Position numbers and translations under genes: made by a program. The notes below the pieces were generated by a model. The model saw only the letters and a program-made list of their open reading frames with translations. It had not been told where the DNA came from and did no database searches. Positions 9,201 to 18,359 of a stretch of DNA of 64,000 nt are shown in pieces. Within the stretch, counting starts at the first letter, position 1, and each line of letters begins with the position of its first letter. Origin of the DNA: a virus. The stretch is from positions 650 through 64,649 of the IMG/VR virus record IMGVR_UViG_3300042922_000346. One strand, 5' to 3'.

Positions 9201-11950
9201 AATTAACTCAAGCATTAATTAATATAAAAGAAAAACTTGTTGGTTCTACAGATACTCAAATAAATGCAGAAATAGAAGCGGTAAAAGCACAATTAGATGC
9301 TTATGGTATTAATGTAGATGGATTCAAAACAGCAGAAGAAGCAAAAACAGAAATTGCTAAAGAAGGAGCAATAAACAGATTAAAAATATATGAGCAAGAA
9401 CAAAAGGCTATTGAAGAAACAATTAAAACATTAAACCCAGAATTAGCAGAAGACCAAACAAGGTACTCTCGACTAATGAAAAATCATAGTGTTTATGGTG
9501 CTAATATAGAAAGTATAAATAGTGCTATAAATAAGTGGGCAAGTTTAGATGATTTAAAAGCAAGAGCATCCAGTATTTCTTCTAGTATTGGTAATTCTAC
9601 TAATAAATCTAGTAAAAGTGAAACCACTATTTATGAAAGTAAACTAGATGGAGCAGATGAATTTTTAGCAGTTCTTGAAGATATAAATTTTGCTTTTTCA
9701 AAACAAGACAGTGTAATAAAAGAAATTGATGATAAAATAAAATTGTATAAAGCTATAGGTACTAATGATGCTATGACTAAGTCGATAGAAGAACAAAATA
9801 ATTTATATTCAGAACAAGCTAATCAAATCAGTTTGTTAAGTGGTGGATTAAACACCATGAATCAACAAAAGGATACTATCGCCCAAGCATTTAAATTAAA
9901 TTTTAGTTCTATGGTAGGAGCAGATTTAAATAATTGGTCAAAATCTGATTTTACAAATATGTTCCAAGAATTATTCCCAACAATGACCACTACAGACAAA
10001 AATAAAGCAGATGAATATAATCAAAGTAAACAGTTATTTAATAGATTAACAGATGATTGGTTCAAATATTTGGATGCCATAGAAAGTACAAAAAATAGTA
10101 TTAGCGAAGTTCAAACAGATATGTTAACTACTATGAGTGAGAGATACGATATATACTTTAAAACAGTAGACCAATTATTTAAGAATCATAAAAATAACAT
10201 TGGAGTTCTTGAAAATGAATTAAAAGCATTGGATGACACAGACTTTGATGGTAGAGAAGCTAAAATAAAACAAATTATCGGAGAAACAGAAAAATATAAA
10301 TCTTCTATTACGGATATTATATCTCAATTAAAAGAGAAACAATCAACACTAGAAAGTGGAAGTCATGAATGGGGTATTATAAACGAGGAAGTTGAAAAGA
10401 ACGAATCTTTATTAGCTGATGTTAATTCTCAAATTAAAGATACTACAAAAGAATTAAAAGAAAACACCATTAAGGAATATGATGATTATTTTGATAAAAT
10501 AAGTAAAAATATAGATAATATAAAAAATAAACTTAGTGGAATTAATAAAGATAGACAACTTTTAGATGATTCAGATTATGATTCTCAGTTAGAGTTAATT
10601 AATGAATTAGTTGATGAAACAGCAGTATATAAAAATACTATTGAATTATCACTGAACGAATTAAAAGGTAAACAGTCTCTTTTAAAAGTAAACAGTGATG
10701 AATGGATTAAAATAAATGACGAAGTATTAAAATACGAGGATTTATTGAAAGATGCTAAAATAGAATTAAAGGATGCTAAAGATTTAACTAAGGAATTAAG
10801 AGAAGAACAATCTAATACGGTAATGGATATGCAGGATAAAATAGTGGATGCTTTAAGAAAACAATATGAAACAGCTAAAGATGCTGAACTTGAAGCTATA
10901 CAAAATAATTCTGATAAAAAAATAGAAATTAAAGAAACCGAAATAGATAGACTCAAAGCTGAACTTGAAGCTATGAAAGATGATACTCAAGGTAAAAAAG
11001 ATACTCTTGCAAAGTTACAAAAGGAATTAGCTTTATGGAAAGAAGATACGGATAGTCCATATGCTAAAAAAAGAGTACTAGAATTAGAACAACAAATTAA
11101 AGAAAAACAAAAAGAATTAGCTATTGATGTTAAAGAAAATGAAATTAAACAAGCGGAAGATGCATTAGATGCTATTCGTGAGAAAGCAGAAGATGAAAAA
11201 GAAATTATTGAGAAAAAATATAAATATTTACTTGATGAACAAAGATTGTATTCTCAAGCAACATTTATGATGACCAATAATTCTCAAGAACAAATCTTAT
11301 CATTATTATTATCTCAAAACACCAAATACCAAACTATGGGAACTACATTAGGAAAATCATTCTCAGATGCTATGTTAGCTGAAATCAATAAAGTAAAAAA
11401 TGCTTTAACAGCATTAGCTGGAATGACTTATAGTGGGTTAGTTGATAATGCAACTACTGGATTAAGTGGTGGAGGACGAGGTCTTAATGGTTCTTCAACA
11501 ACACAAAGTAGTTCTTCAAGTAATAGTTCTTCTAGTGGCGGAAGTGTAATTGTCCCTCCAAGTGGAGTTGTTATACCATCCACGTATCAACAGTTGAAAA
11601 ACTTAGATTCTGTATTTGGTAACGGACAAAGATTTAAGAGCGGTGGAGAAACAGGAGAATGGGGAAGTTGGGGTAAATTAGCTATATTAGATGAAAAAGA
11701 AAGAGTTTTAGATGCAAGTCAAACAAAAGCTTTTAATCATTTAGTTTACAATATATTACCTTATTTTAATAACACATCAACATTAGGATTAAATAAACAA
11801 CAAGCAATGAACACCTTTAATGCTCCAGTAATTCAAAATGATATTACTATAACAAATAATACACCTTTTGATGTAAGTAATAATATTGATAATCTTAACA
11901 AGGCAATAAAGGAAGAGTTAAAAATAGGTGGATATAAAATAGCATTATAA
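6296..11950 (+). CDS. tail tape measure protein (1884 aa), GTG start
   Basis: Very long mostly coiled-coil ORF; N-terminal region GIAFQKVGGSASALEV...LGIQAMDATGNFRNFGDVMDELGLKWDSL matches the conserved tape-measure core pattern; followed by Dit-like gene; upstream in-frame TGA forces GTG start at 6296. Confidence 0.8.
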   Translation: MLGVKVGLESKSVAQVKSEFIKLLDSLQERANKSVIKVDVDLKNMRNVNAVLNETVSGLKKLSTQTKDSIKTTNQLSSAYNNFAKTQKAINQTSTTRAKVDVGIPQLTEWFLIRRGIQQVIDQIANGFKFINDFNKSLTEISIVTGKNQASINALGLEYNKLAKEMSVTTQEIAKASVEFYRQGLAQDEVNKRLVSTTQYSKVANLQFEQSAEILTSTVNSMELDINRVTDVFTFLGDATATGADEIGIAFQKVGGSASALEVQFEKVASWIATLSSKTREGSEAIGNSIKSLMSRFQQLRERGFAEEDGTKVNQVAKALNEVGIQAMDATGNFRNFGDVMDELGLKWDSLDGREKSYISTTVAGAYQQNRFLNLMENYRESLDLYSQSLDSAGTTQNKFNIWLDSTEAHINKLRATTEGLWLKVFNSDVIKSFIDTLNVLVGGIDSVVTKFGGLPTLFATIGVTFGALKKNWSLFGVEITKTNTAMSDGSIVTQKYAGFTGILGNSLNKLIDKEIKWYNQQNIGNEVSRSSLSLFDQLKFAYNGVASGILNMSAKQGIAILTTGALKVASIALNTALTMGIGLLVGAGIQALVNYINKTKELKTQVDNLTQTTQSNMQNNNSNIRTLTALEETYNKLTLQTSLTKDEQQELVDIQNQIASIAPDVVSGYDAQGNAVIRLKDGVKGLVEELKKKNKEEQDSLVSGYGDASKVYNKETGKAQTKLDKSNEQKQFLLDQIKTSEELMSNYEKLGQASYVDKYKTVIADYGRQLKEVNGDIVEQEAIIRSATATMQPFKNAFLSVADGYDLLSEKQKKIAFELTSALDPKKYSPESFQEIVTFVSDKKFTDTLKQLESLNVTKGTISAKEFNEEIIKLYNELSNLTSGKISADALMNMFNIKPIELATASMRTFEKIQEDVINTMIEVGNQLKDVNTLLLNHKENGEWDYATISKLAEVYPELLNAMGDEEKLTQALINIKEKLVGSTDTQINAEIEAVKAQLDAYGINVDGFKTAEEAKTEIAKEGAINRLKIYEQEQKAIEETIKTLNPELAEDQTRYSRLMKNHSVYGANIESINSAINKWASLDDLKARASSISSSIGNSTNKSSKSETTIYESKLDGADEFLAVLEDINFAFSKQDSVIKEIDDKIKLYKAIGTNDAMTKSIEEQNNLYSEQANQISLLSGGLNTMNQQKDTIAQAFKLNFSSMVGADLNNWSKSDFTNMFQELFPTMTTTDKNKADEYNQSKQLFNRLTDDWFKYLDAIESTKNSISEVQTDMLTTMSERYDIYFKTVDQLFKNHKNNIGVLENELKALDDTDFDGREAKIKQIIGETEKYKSSITDIISQLKEKQSTLESGSHEWGIINEEVEKNESLLADVNSQIKDTTKELKENTIKEYDDYFDKISKNIDNIKNKLSGINKDRQLLDDSDYDSQLELINELVDETAVYKNTIELSLNELKGKQSLLKVNSDEWIKINDEVLKYEDLLKDAKIELKDAKDLTKELREEQSNTVMDMQDKIVDALRKQYETAKDAELEAIQNNSDKKIEIKETEIDRLKAELEAMKDDTQGKKDTLAKLQKELALWKEDTDSPYAKKRVLELEQQIKEKQKELAIDVKENEIKQAEDALDAIREKAEDEKEIIEKKYKYLLDEQRLYSQATFMMTNNSQEQILSLLLSQNTKYQTMGTTLGKSFSDAMLAEINKVKNALTALAGMTYSGLVDNATTGLSGGGRGLNGSSTTQSSSSSNSSSSGGSVIVPPSGVVIPSTYQQLKNLDSVFGNGQRFKSGGETGEWGSWGKLAILDEKERVLDASQTKAFNHLVYNILPYFNNTSTLGLNKQQAMNTFNAPVIQNDITITNNTPFDVSNNIDNLNKAIKEELKIGGYKIAL

Positions 11951-11966
11951 GGAAGAAGGGGTTAAT

Positions 11967-12779
11967 TTGAATCAAATATTAGATATAGATTATACTGATT
12001 TTTATTATAATGGATATTGGTTATCTGATTTTGATGGTATGGCTATTGGGAGAACAGGGCAACCCCCTTTCTCCTTATTACCAACCCTTGAAATAGAAAG
12101 TGATAAAATAATGGGTAATGATGGTGAATTTGTATATAATTCATTTTATAATCCAAGAACATTCACTGTACCAGTAACATTTAATGATATTAGTAAATTG
12201 AGACAAATAGCTGGTTGGTTACATAGTAAAAAACCAACTGATTTTTATTATAAAAATGATGATATAAAAATATCAGTATTAAAAGAAGGTTTAATAGAAA
12301 TAACACCATATACATTGCAAGGAATAACAGAGTTAAAATTTATAGCACATGACCCGTTTTTCTATGCTATAAACGATACTATTTATTTGATAAATAAAAC
12401 AGGATATATTAAGACAACCGTAGATTTACCAGTAATTTCAAATACAATATATTCCGATAAAATACTTATTAGAAATTTTCTTGGAAGTAATATTAATATA
12501 TTAAATGAAGGTAATATAGAAAGTTATCCTATTTATGTTATTATTGGTACAGGTAATGTAAGTTGTTCTATAAACAATATATCATTTAATCTTGCATTAA
12601 ATTCGGGTGGAGATAAAGTATTCGTAGATACAAAGTATTTAACAGTATATGATAGCCAATATAATAGATTAAATAGTTTTGATGGTAATTTCCCTTTATT
12701 AAAAAGTGGTATGAACACAATATCTACAAGTGGAAATATTCAATCGTTGCAAGTAAAATGTAGGTCAAGATGGATATAA
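11967..12779 (+). CDS. distal tail protein (Dit-like)
   Basis: Immediately downstream of tape measure; N-terminus FYYNGYWLSDFDGMAIG...GNDGEF resembles siphophage Dit N-terminal pattern. Confidence 0.45.
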   Translation: MNQILDIDYTDFYYNGYWLSDFDGMAIGRTGQPPFSLLPTLEIESDKIMGNDGEFVYNSFYNPRTFTVPVTFNDISKLRQIAGWLHSKKPTDFYYKNDDIKISVLKEGLIEITPYTLQGITELKFIAHDPFFYAINDTIYLINKTGYIKTTVDLPVISNTIYSDKILIRNFLGSNINILNEGNIESYPIYVIIGTGNVSCSINNISFNLALNSGGDKVFVDTKYLTVYDSQYNRLNSFDGNFPLLKSGMNTISTSGNIQSLQVKCRSRWI

Positions 12780-12793
12780 TGAGGTGAGTATAA

Positions 12794-13414
12794 ATGGAAT
12801 TAATAAAAAATATTGTTATAGATATAGATGGTGGTACTCTTACTAAAATAATTGCAAAACAAAGTGATGATAAAAGTAGAGTGTTACAATTTTCAATTGT
12901 AAATAGTGGCATACCAATTAATTTATCTGGACATACTGTTAAAATATATGCAAGTAAACCAGATGGATATCCTGTATTTAATAATGCAACAATATTAGAT
13001 GCTGTTAATGGTGTAATATCTATAGTGTTGACTAATCAGATTTTAGCTGTAAGTGGAGATGTTCAATGTGAATTAGTTATTTTAAATAATAATAATACCG
13101 TTATTTTATCTACTAAAATATTTGTATTGAGTGTTTTACCATGTGTTAGAAATGACCAAGCAATAGAATCATCTAGTGAATTTACAGCTTTACAGAAAGC
13201 ATTAGAAGATGCAGACTTTTTAATTCAAAAAGTAGAGTTAATTGATGATGAAGTTGATGTTATAATATCTGAAATGAACGACAAATTAGATTTAGCAAAT
13301 GAACAAATTGATAATATGATTTCAAGATATGAAAGTGTAACGTATATATATGTTGCTACTACTGCTCCATCTACTGGTGTATTAAGTGGTCACTTTTGGT
13401 ATAAATTAATTTAA
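12794..13414 (+). CDS. baseplate protein with BppU-like N-terminal domain and coiled-coil C-terminus
   Basis: IVIDIDGGTLTKI...LQFSIVNSGIPINLSGHTVKIYASKPDGYPV...DAVNGVISIVLTNQILAVSGDVQCELVIL follows the BppU_N pattern. Confidence 0.45.
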   Translation: MELIKNIVIDIDGGTLTKIIAKQSDDKSRVLQFSIVNSGIPINLSGHTVKIYASKPDGYPVFNNATILDAVNGVISIVLTNQILAVSGDVQCELVILNNNNTVILSTKIFVLSVLPCVRNDQAIESSSEFTALQKALEDADFLIQKVELIDDEVDVIISEMNDKLDLANEQIDNMISRYESVTYIYVATTAPSTGVLSGHFWYKLI

Positions 13415-13426
13415 GGAGGAAAGGTT

Positions 13427-15937
13427 ATGGCAAATTATAATTTTCAAATAACTCAAAGAAATTCAACAAATACAGCTTGGGATAATATGTATCCTGCAAC
13501 AAAAGCAGAAATTGTAAATACTGCGGATGGTGTTACATTAGAATCTCTTTTGGGTAAAACAGATAAACAAACAGCTACAATAGCTAGAGGTATTAATAGT
13601 TTAACTGTGCCACAAGCAAGTACTGCTAGTGTTGGCATAACTGGTAGAAATACAATAAATTTATTAGGTATAGCTGGTAATTGTGAAACTTTAAGCAATT
13701 TTTATAGAGCTTCGGGTACTGGATTGATAAGTTTAGATTCTACTAATAAATTATTTGGAAATAACAGTGTTAAAATGACTGTCGAATCTGGTGGTAATGT
13801 CGTATACGCAATAAATAACTATAACATGGTACAAGCTGATAAATATTATTGTCTCAGTGCCTATTTTAAAAATGTTAGTGCGGTTGAATGTTTTGTGGTT
13901 ATGAATGGTATTACTGGTAGTAATGCAAATGATATATCATCGTTTAAGAGAAGTATTTTGAAAATATCTCCAGCACAGATAGAAGTACCGCTAGATAATA
14001 GTAAAAATAGATTTAGAATATGGATAAATGGTTCTAATGGAACTTATGCATATGTTGATGGAGCTATGCTTATAGAAATAACTCAAGCAGAATATAATGA
14101 CCCAAACTATGTACCACCAGAATATGTAGATAGTTTTCAACCAGTAAGAAATCCTTATATTGTTAGACGAGGTAAAAATTTAGTAAGAAACGGTAACGGC
14201 GAAGAAGGAATTAGTTGGTGGAGTTTGAGTTATGGTGCAGTTAATCCAAGATTTGAGAATGGGTATTTTGTAGTTGAAGATGACTCTACTCTATATAATC
14301 GAGGGTACAATCAAGTAGTTCCTGCAAAACCAAATACTCAATACACATTTTCTGTAATTGGAAAGCGTATTACTTCAAATGCTAGAGTTCAAATATATGA
14401 AGTAGACGAAGATAATCTAAGTTCATCTGGAATCCTACTCGGTAATACAGTGCTTACAAATACTGTGGATACAAAACTGTCTGTAACAGGAACTACCAGT
14501 GCTAATGCAAAGAGGATACGTGTTGCAATTATATCCGGTTTTACTGTAGCTGATGTTGGTATAGCATACTGTAAAGAAGCTATGCTTGTTGAAGGTTCAT
14601 CAACTCCCAGTATATACGAACCATATAATGAAGATTATTTATTCTTTGAAACTGATTTATATGATGGAGAAAACTTACAAGAGGTTGATGGTAAATATAT
14701 TAGATATAAAAAATGGAATAAAATTACTTTAGATAATAAATTTACTACAACAATAAGTTCGTTTACACCAGTTAGGAAAAATATTAGAATATCTGATTGT
14801 CTATATAATGTAAATACTGTTATAAATGGAGCATTAGTATTAAATTGTATTAAGTATGATGGTAAAATATTAAAACTAGATACTTTAACAGATATAGACC
14901 AATTTACAACCGATAGACCAAATGGAATAGTATGGTTATCTGTTTCAAATAATGAAACTGGATGGGGAGAAAGTTATACTCCAACATCTGATGAAATTAA
15001 TGCTTATTTATTGGGTTGGGTAATGAGTGATGCAAATGGTAATCATTATTCTGGTGGACAAAAATTTTGGACGAGAATATATTGTGGTATAGGTACTAGT
15101 ACAGCATCAACAAGTTTCGGTATGAAAGTAATTGGAGCATATACAAACACTTGTCCTACAGTAATGAATGACCAAGGATATACTCCATATGAAATGCATT
15201 ATCAATTAGCAAATCCAATAACAGAAGAAGTCAAAACAGAAGGTTCTTTGTCTTTAGTTGAGGGAATTAATAATTTTGAAGTCGGAGAAGGAATTATAAT
15301 TAGGGAGAATATAAGAGAATTTGGTTCATGGAGTAATGGTATATATCTTGGAGATACAAGCACAACAGAACCTCAATTCAAATATAATCCTTATAAAATA
15401 TTGAATTTATATAAAAACAATTATGAAGATATTGGGAAATGGTATAGTTATTATAGTCCTACCAATATCCAAGGTTTAGATAAACTCACTACAACTAAAA
15501 ATAATTATGATTCTAATGCGGTTTATACTACTACTTATATAATGATAGATAAATATAAATTCTCTTCATCTATTCCAAATATTACTTTATATTATAATAA
15601 TACTTTAAGACAAGCAACAAATGTCTTATTAGATAAAGCAACAGATATATTAAATGAATCAAATATAAATAAATTAGCTATATATAATTCTGAATATATG
15701 GAGAATTTTAAATCAGATTCTATGAAAGGTACTATAGTAATACCTACATTAGATAGTAATGGTAATGTTACTAAAATCGACCATAAAAGAGTGAGTGATG
15801 GAGCTATTTTAAGAACAGATATATTTGATTATAGTATACTTAACCAAATAATAGAAACAAGAAAAGATGCTTTAATAAATAAAACAGTAATAAAATATAC
15901 GTATCATTTAGATACGTTACAAACGGAGGTTTTATAA
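13427..15937 (+). CDS. tail protein / putative receptor-binding protein (836 aa)
   Basis: RBS AAGGAGGAAAGG; large ORF in tail-tip module. Confidence 0.5.
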   Translation: MANYNFQITQRNSTNTAWDNMYPATKAEIVNTADGVTLESLLGKTDKQTATIARGINSLTVPQASTASVGITGRNTINLLGIAGNCETLSNFYRASGTGLISLDSTNKLFGNNSVKMTVESGGNVVYAINNYNMVQADKYYCLSAYFKNVSAVECFVVMNGITGSNANDISSFKRSILKISPAQIEVPLDNSKNRFRIWINGSNGTYAYVDGAMLIEITQAEYNDPNYVPPEYVDSFQPVRNPYIVRRGKNLVRNGNGEEGISWWSLSYGAVNPRFENGYFVVEDDSTLYNRGYNQVVPAKPNTQYTFSVIGKRITSNARVQIYEVDEDNLSSSGILLGNTVLTNTVDTKLSVTGTTSANAKRIRVAIISGFTVADVGIAYCKEAMLVEGSSTPSIYEPYNEDYLFFETDLYDGENLQEVDGKYIRYKKWNKITLDNKFTTTISSFTPVRKNIRISDCLYNVNTVINGALVLNCIKYDGKILKLDTLTDIDQFTTDRPNGIVWLSVSNNETGWGESYTPTSDEINAYLLGWVMSDANGNHYSGGQKFWTRIYCGIGTSTASTSFGMKVIGAYTNTCPTVMNDQGYTPYEMHYQLANPITEEVKTEGSLSLVEGINNFEVGEGIIIRENIREFGSWSNGIYLGDTSTTEPQFKYNPYKILNLYKNNYEDIGKWYSYYSPTNIQGLDKLTTTKNNYDSNAVYTTTYIMIDKYKFSSSIPNITLYYNNTLRQATNVLLDKATDILNESNINKLAIYNSEYMENFKSDSMKGTIVIPTLDSNGNVTKIDHKRVSDGAILRTDIFDYSILNQIIETRKDALINKTVIKYTYHLDTLQTEVL

Positions 15938-15938
15938 T

Positions 15939-17693
15939 ATGGATATAATGACTTATAATAAGATAAATGAAGTCGCTCAAAATATCAATGGTGGGAATGT
16001 TTTTAAGACATATCCCACTTATTCATTTAATCCACCTGTAGTTGGACAACCTTGTGCCTTATATCAAGATGGTATCATTGCTAGTGCGCAAGTTCGTCCG
16101 ATGGGAAGATATGCTAGATTAGCTAATGCTATAAGTAATTATGCTACATTTAATTCAAGTATTACTCCAACATGGCATCCAAGAATGAATGAATATAATA
16201 TGGATAGGGTTAGTACAGGTAAATATATACACAGATATTTTCGAGAGGGTACAATGTTTTGTAAAATAGTTACAGATAACGGTAATTCAATCACACAAGG
16301 AACAGAATTAAATTTAGGTTTATCCAGAAATAATGTATTATTTGGAGATAATGATTATATGATTTATAGTAAATTATTGAGTAGTTCTGTATATGTTATA
16401 TTTTATAAAGGTATTAGTACTCAAAATGGCACTATTCGGGCATTGGTTATAACAATATCTGGAACAACTTGTACTTTAGCAAATACGTATGATATTGTTG
16501 TTACACAATCATCTGCATCAAAAGATACATTTGATATAGAATGTAATGCAGATAACACTAAAATAATTTGTGTATATAATAAATCTACCGCATATAACAC
16601 TTATGCAATTGTAATTACAGTAAGTGGTTCTACTTTTTCATTGGGTACGGAGGTATTAGTCCATACTAAAGTTACGTATAATGATATATATCCTTCAATT
16701 ATAAAATTAAATTCAACATTATTTGTTATAGGATGTCAACAAGATAATAATCCAAGAAATAGATATTTTATACCAGTTGCTATAAATGGAACATCTCTTA
16801 CTTTAAATACTGCATATAGTATATCATCTTGGATAGGTGCAAATAAAATGACTTATTATGCAGATGGATATTTTTTAGTTAATGGAGGAACGACAAGTAA
16901 CACTATTACAATGCTTAATTATAATGGAACTAGTTGGAGCACAATATCTACTAAGGTAGTAAGTAATAATACAATGTCTTCCTATACTAATCTAATGTTG
17001 GATAACGATGGTATATCTACGAATAATGTTGTAAGAATTACAGATATAAACAAAACAGGTATATCAACTGTAAAAGTAAATGCAGATTATACATTAGGTA
17101 CGGTATATAACACCATACATGGGGTTTATTCCCAAGGTTCAATTGGAATTGTAAATACTAGTTATGGAATGATGTTATTTGTAAATAGATGGAATCATCC
17201 TACATTAACTGGATTAGATTATGAGTATTATCCTATAGATGGTAATAGTGGATGGAGTGGATTATCTGCAATGCAAACATTGGGTAATATGTCTGAATAC
17301 CCAAATAAAGGTAATCTTTCTTTTGTAGTAGGGTGTTCATATGATTCATCAACGGATAGAATAATGTTGGCTATTGCAACTTTAACTTCTGTGTATAGTG
17401 ACGATACTAGTTATTATTTAATGACAACTCACTTTGAAGTATTTAATCAAACTGAGTTAACAATAAGTAGAGTAAATATAAAATCTGTAGCAGGATTATA
17501 TTTAGGAAATGGTAAGGTATTATTAAAAGGCATTGGAACTACATCTGGCTTAATACCTTCATTAAATTATTATAGTCATCCAGATACAGGATTATTTAAT
17601 TATGATAGTACTACAACAAATGGTTCTCCTGCTATATATGTTGGTCAAGCATTAAGTACTACTGAATTATTAATTAATGAATTTATTATATAA
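15939..17693 (+). CDS. tail fibre-like protein (584 aa; Ser/Thr/Asn/Gly-rich), XkdV-like by position
   Basis: Composition typical of fibre/RBP; followed by XkdW/XkdX-like small genes. Confidence 0.45.
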   Translation: MDIMTYNKINEVAQNINGGNVFKTYPTYSFNPPVVGQPCALYQDGIIASAQVRPMGRYARLANAISNYATFNSSITPTWHPRMNEYNMDRVSTGKYIHRYFREGTMFCKIVTDNGNSITQGTELNLGLSRNNVLFGDNDYMIYSKLLSSSVYVIFYKGISTQNGTIRALVITISGTTCTLANTYDIVVTQSSASKDTFDIECNADNTKIICVYNKSTAYNTYAIVITVSGSTFSLGTEVLVHTKVTYNDIYPSIIKLNSTLFVIGCQQDNNPRNRYFIPVAINGTSLTLNTAYSISSWIGANKMTYYADGYFLVNGGTTSNTITMLNYNGTSWSTISTKVVSNNTMSSYTNLMLDNDGISTNNVVRITDINKTGISTVKVNADYTLGTVYNTIHGVYSQGSIGIVNTSYGMMLFVNRWNHPTLTGLDYEYYPIDGNSGWSGLSAMQTLGNMSEYPNKGNLSFVVGCSYDSSTDRIMLAIATLTSVYSDDTSYYLMTTHFEVFNQTELTISRVNIKSVAGLYLGNGKVLLKGIGTTSGLIPSLNYYSHPDTGLFNYDSTTTNGSPAIYVGQALSTTELLINEFII

Positions 17694-17719
17694 GAAAATA
17701 TAAGAAAGAAGGAATAATA

Positions 17720-18109
17720 ATGTTAAAAAAATTAATTACATTAAAACAAATAAATAATATAGTTATAGGTATGCATAGTGTTGCTAAAAAAGAAGGAGAC
17801 GATATCGTTACTGGAGATGATATTGTCTATAGTAATATTGGTGATATCTTAGACATTATAGCAATAGATTCAGATGATTTACCAAGTGATTTTGAATTAT
17901 CAAAATATTGCTATACTGAAAATGATGGATTTTATTTAAATCCAGATTATGTAGCACCACAACCACCAATACCATCTTTAGAAGATGAAATAAGGAAATT
18001 ACAAGCAGAATTATTTTTAAAAGACAGTATAATTGAACAGCAATCGGTAAGAATTGATTCAACAGAAAGTGCTATTATGATGCTCATGGATATAACCATG
18101 GGTATGTAA
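17720..18109 (+). CDS. XkdW-like small tail-associated protein (129 aa)
   Basis: Position between fibre gene and XkdX-like mini-gene; acidic. Confidence 0.35.
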   Translation: MLKKLITLKQINNIVIGMHSVAKKEGDDIVTGDDIVYSNIGDILDIIAIDSDDLPSDFELSKYCYTENDGFYLNPDYVAPQPPIPSLEDEIRKLQAELFLKDSIIEQQSVRIDSTESAIMMLMDITMGM

Positions 18110-18141
18110 TATATATTTAAAAATTTATAGGAGGAATGTTT

Positions 18142-18297
18142 ATGTACGGATTTATTTTAAACATGTGGATTATGAGGAAATTAACAGCACAGAAGGTTCA
18201 GTCTTATGTACCATTTTATATTACTCAAGAGGAATGTGACATGATATTAGCAACACCACAAAATCCATTACCAACAGTTACAGAAACAGAAGTATAA
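18142..18297 (+). CDS. XkdX-like mini-protein (51 aa), below the ORF-track length cut-off
   Basis: RBS TAGGAGGAA 6 nt upstream of ATG; KLTAQKVQSYVPFYITQEECDMIL resembles XkdX family consensus; followed by terminator. Confidence 0.45.
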   Translation: MYGFILNMWIMRKLTAQKVQSYVPFYITQEECDMILATPQNPLPTVTETEV

Positions 18298-18308
18298 CAA
18301 ATATAAAA

Positions 18309-18346
18309 TAAGGGAGAAAGACGTCTTCTCCCTTATATTTTATAGA
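18309..18346 (+). terminator. rho-independent terminator/attenuator between the two tail-tip modules
   Basis: TAAGGGAGAA-agacgtc-TTCTCCCTTA 10-bp stem then TATATTTTAT; only 14 nt to next start, so likely a leaky attenuator. Confidence 0.65.
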
Positions 18347-18359
18347 ATGAGGTGGGAAC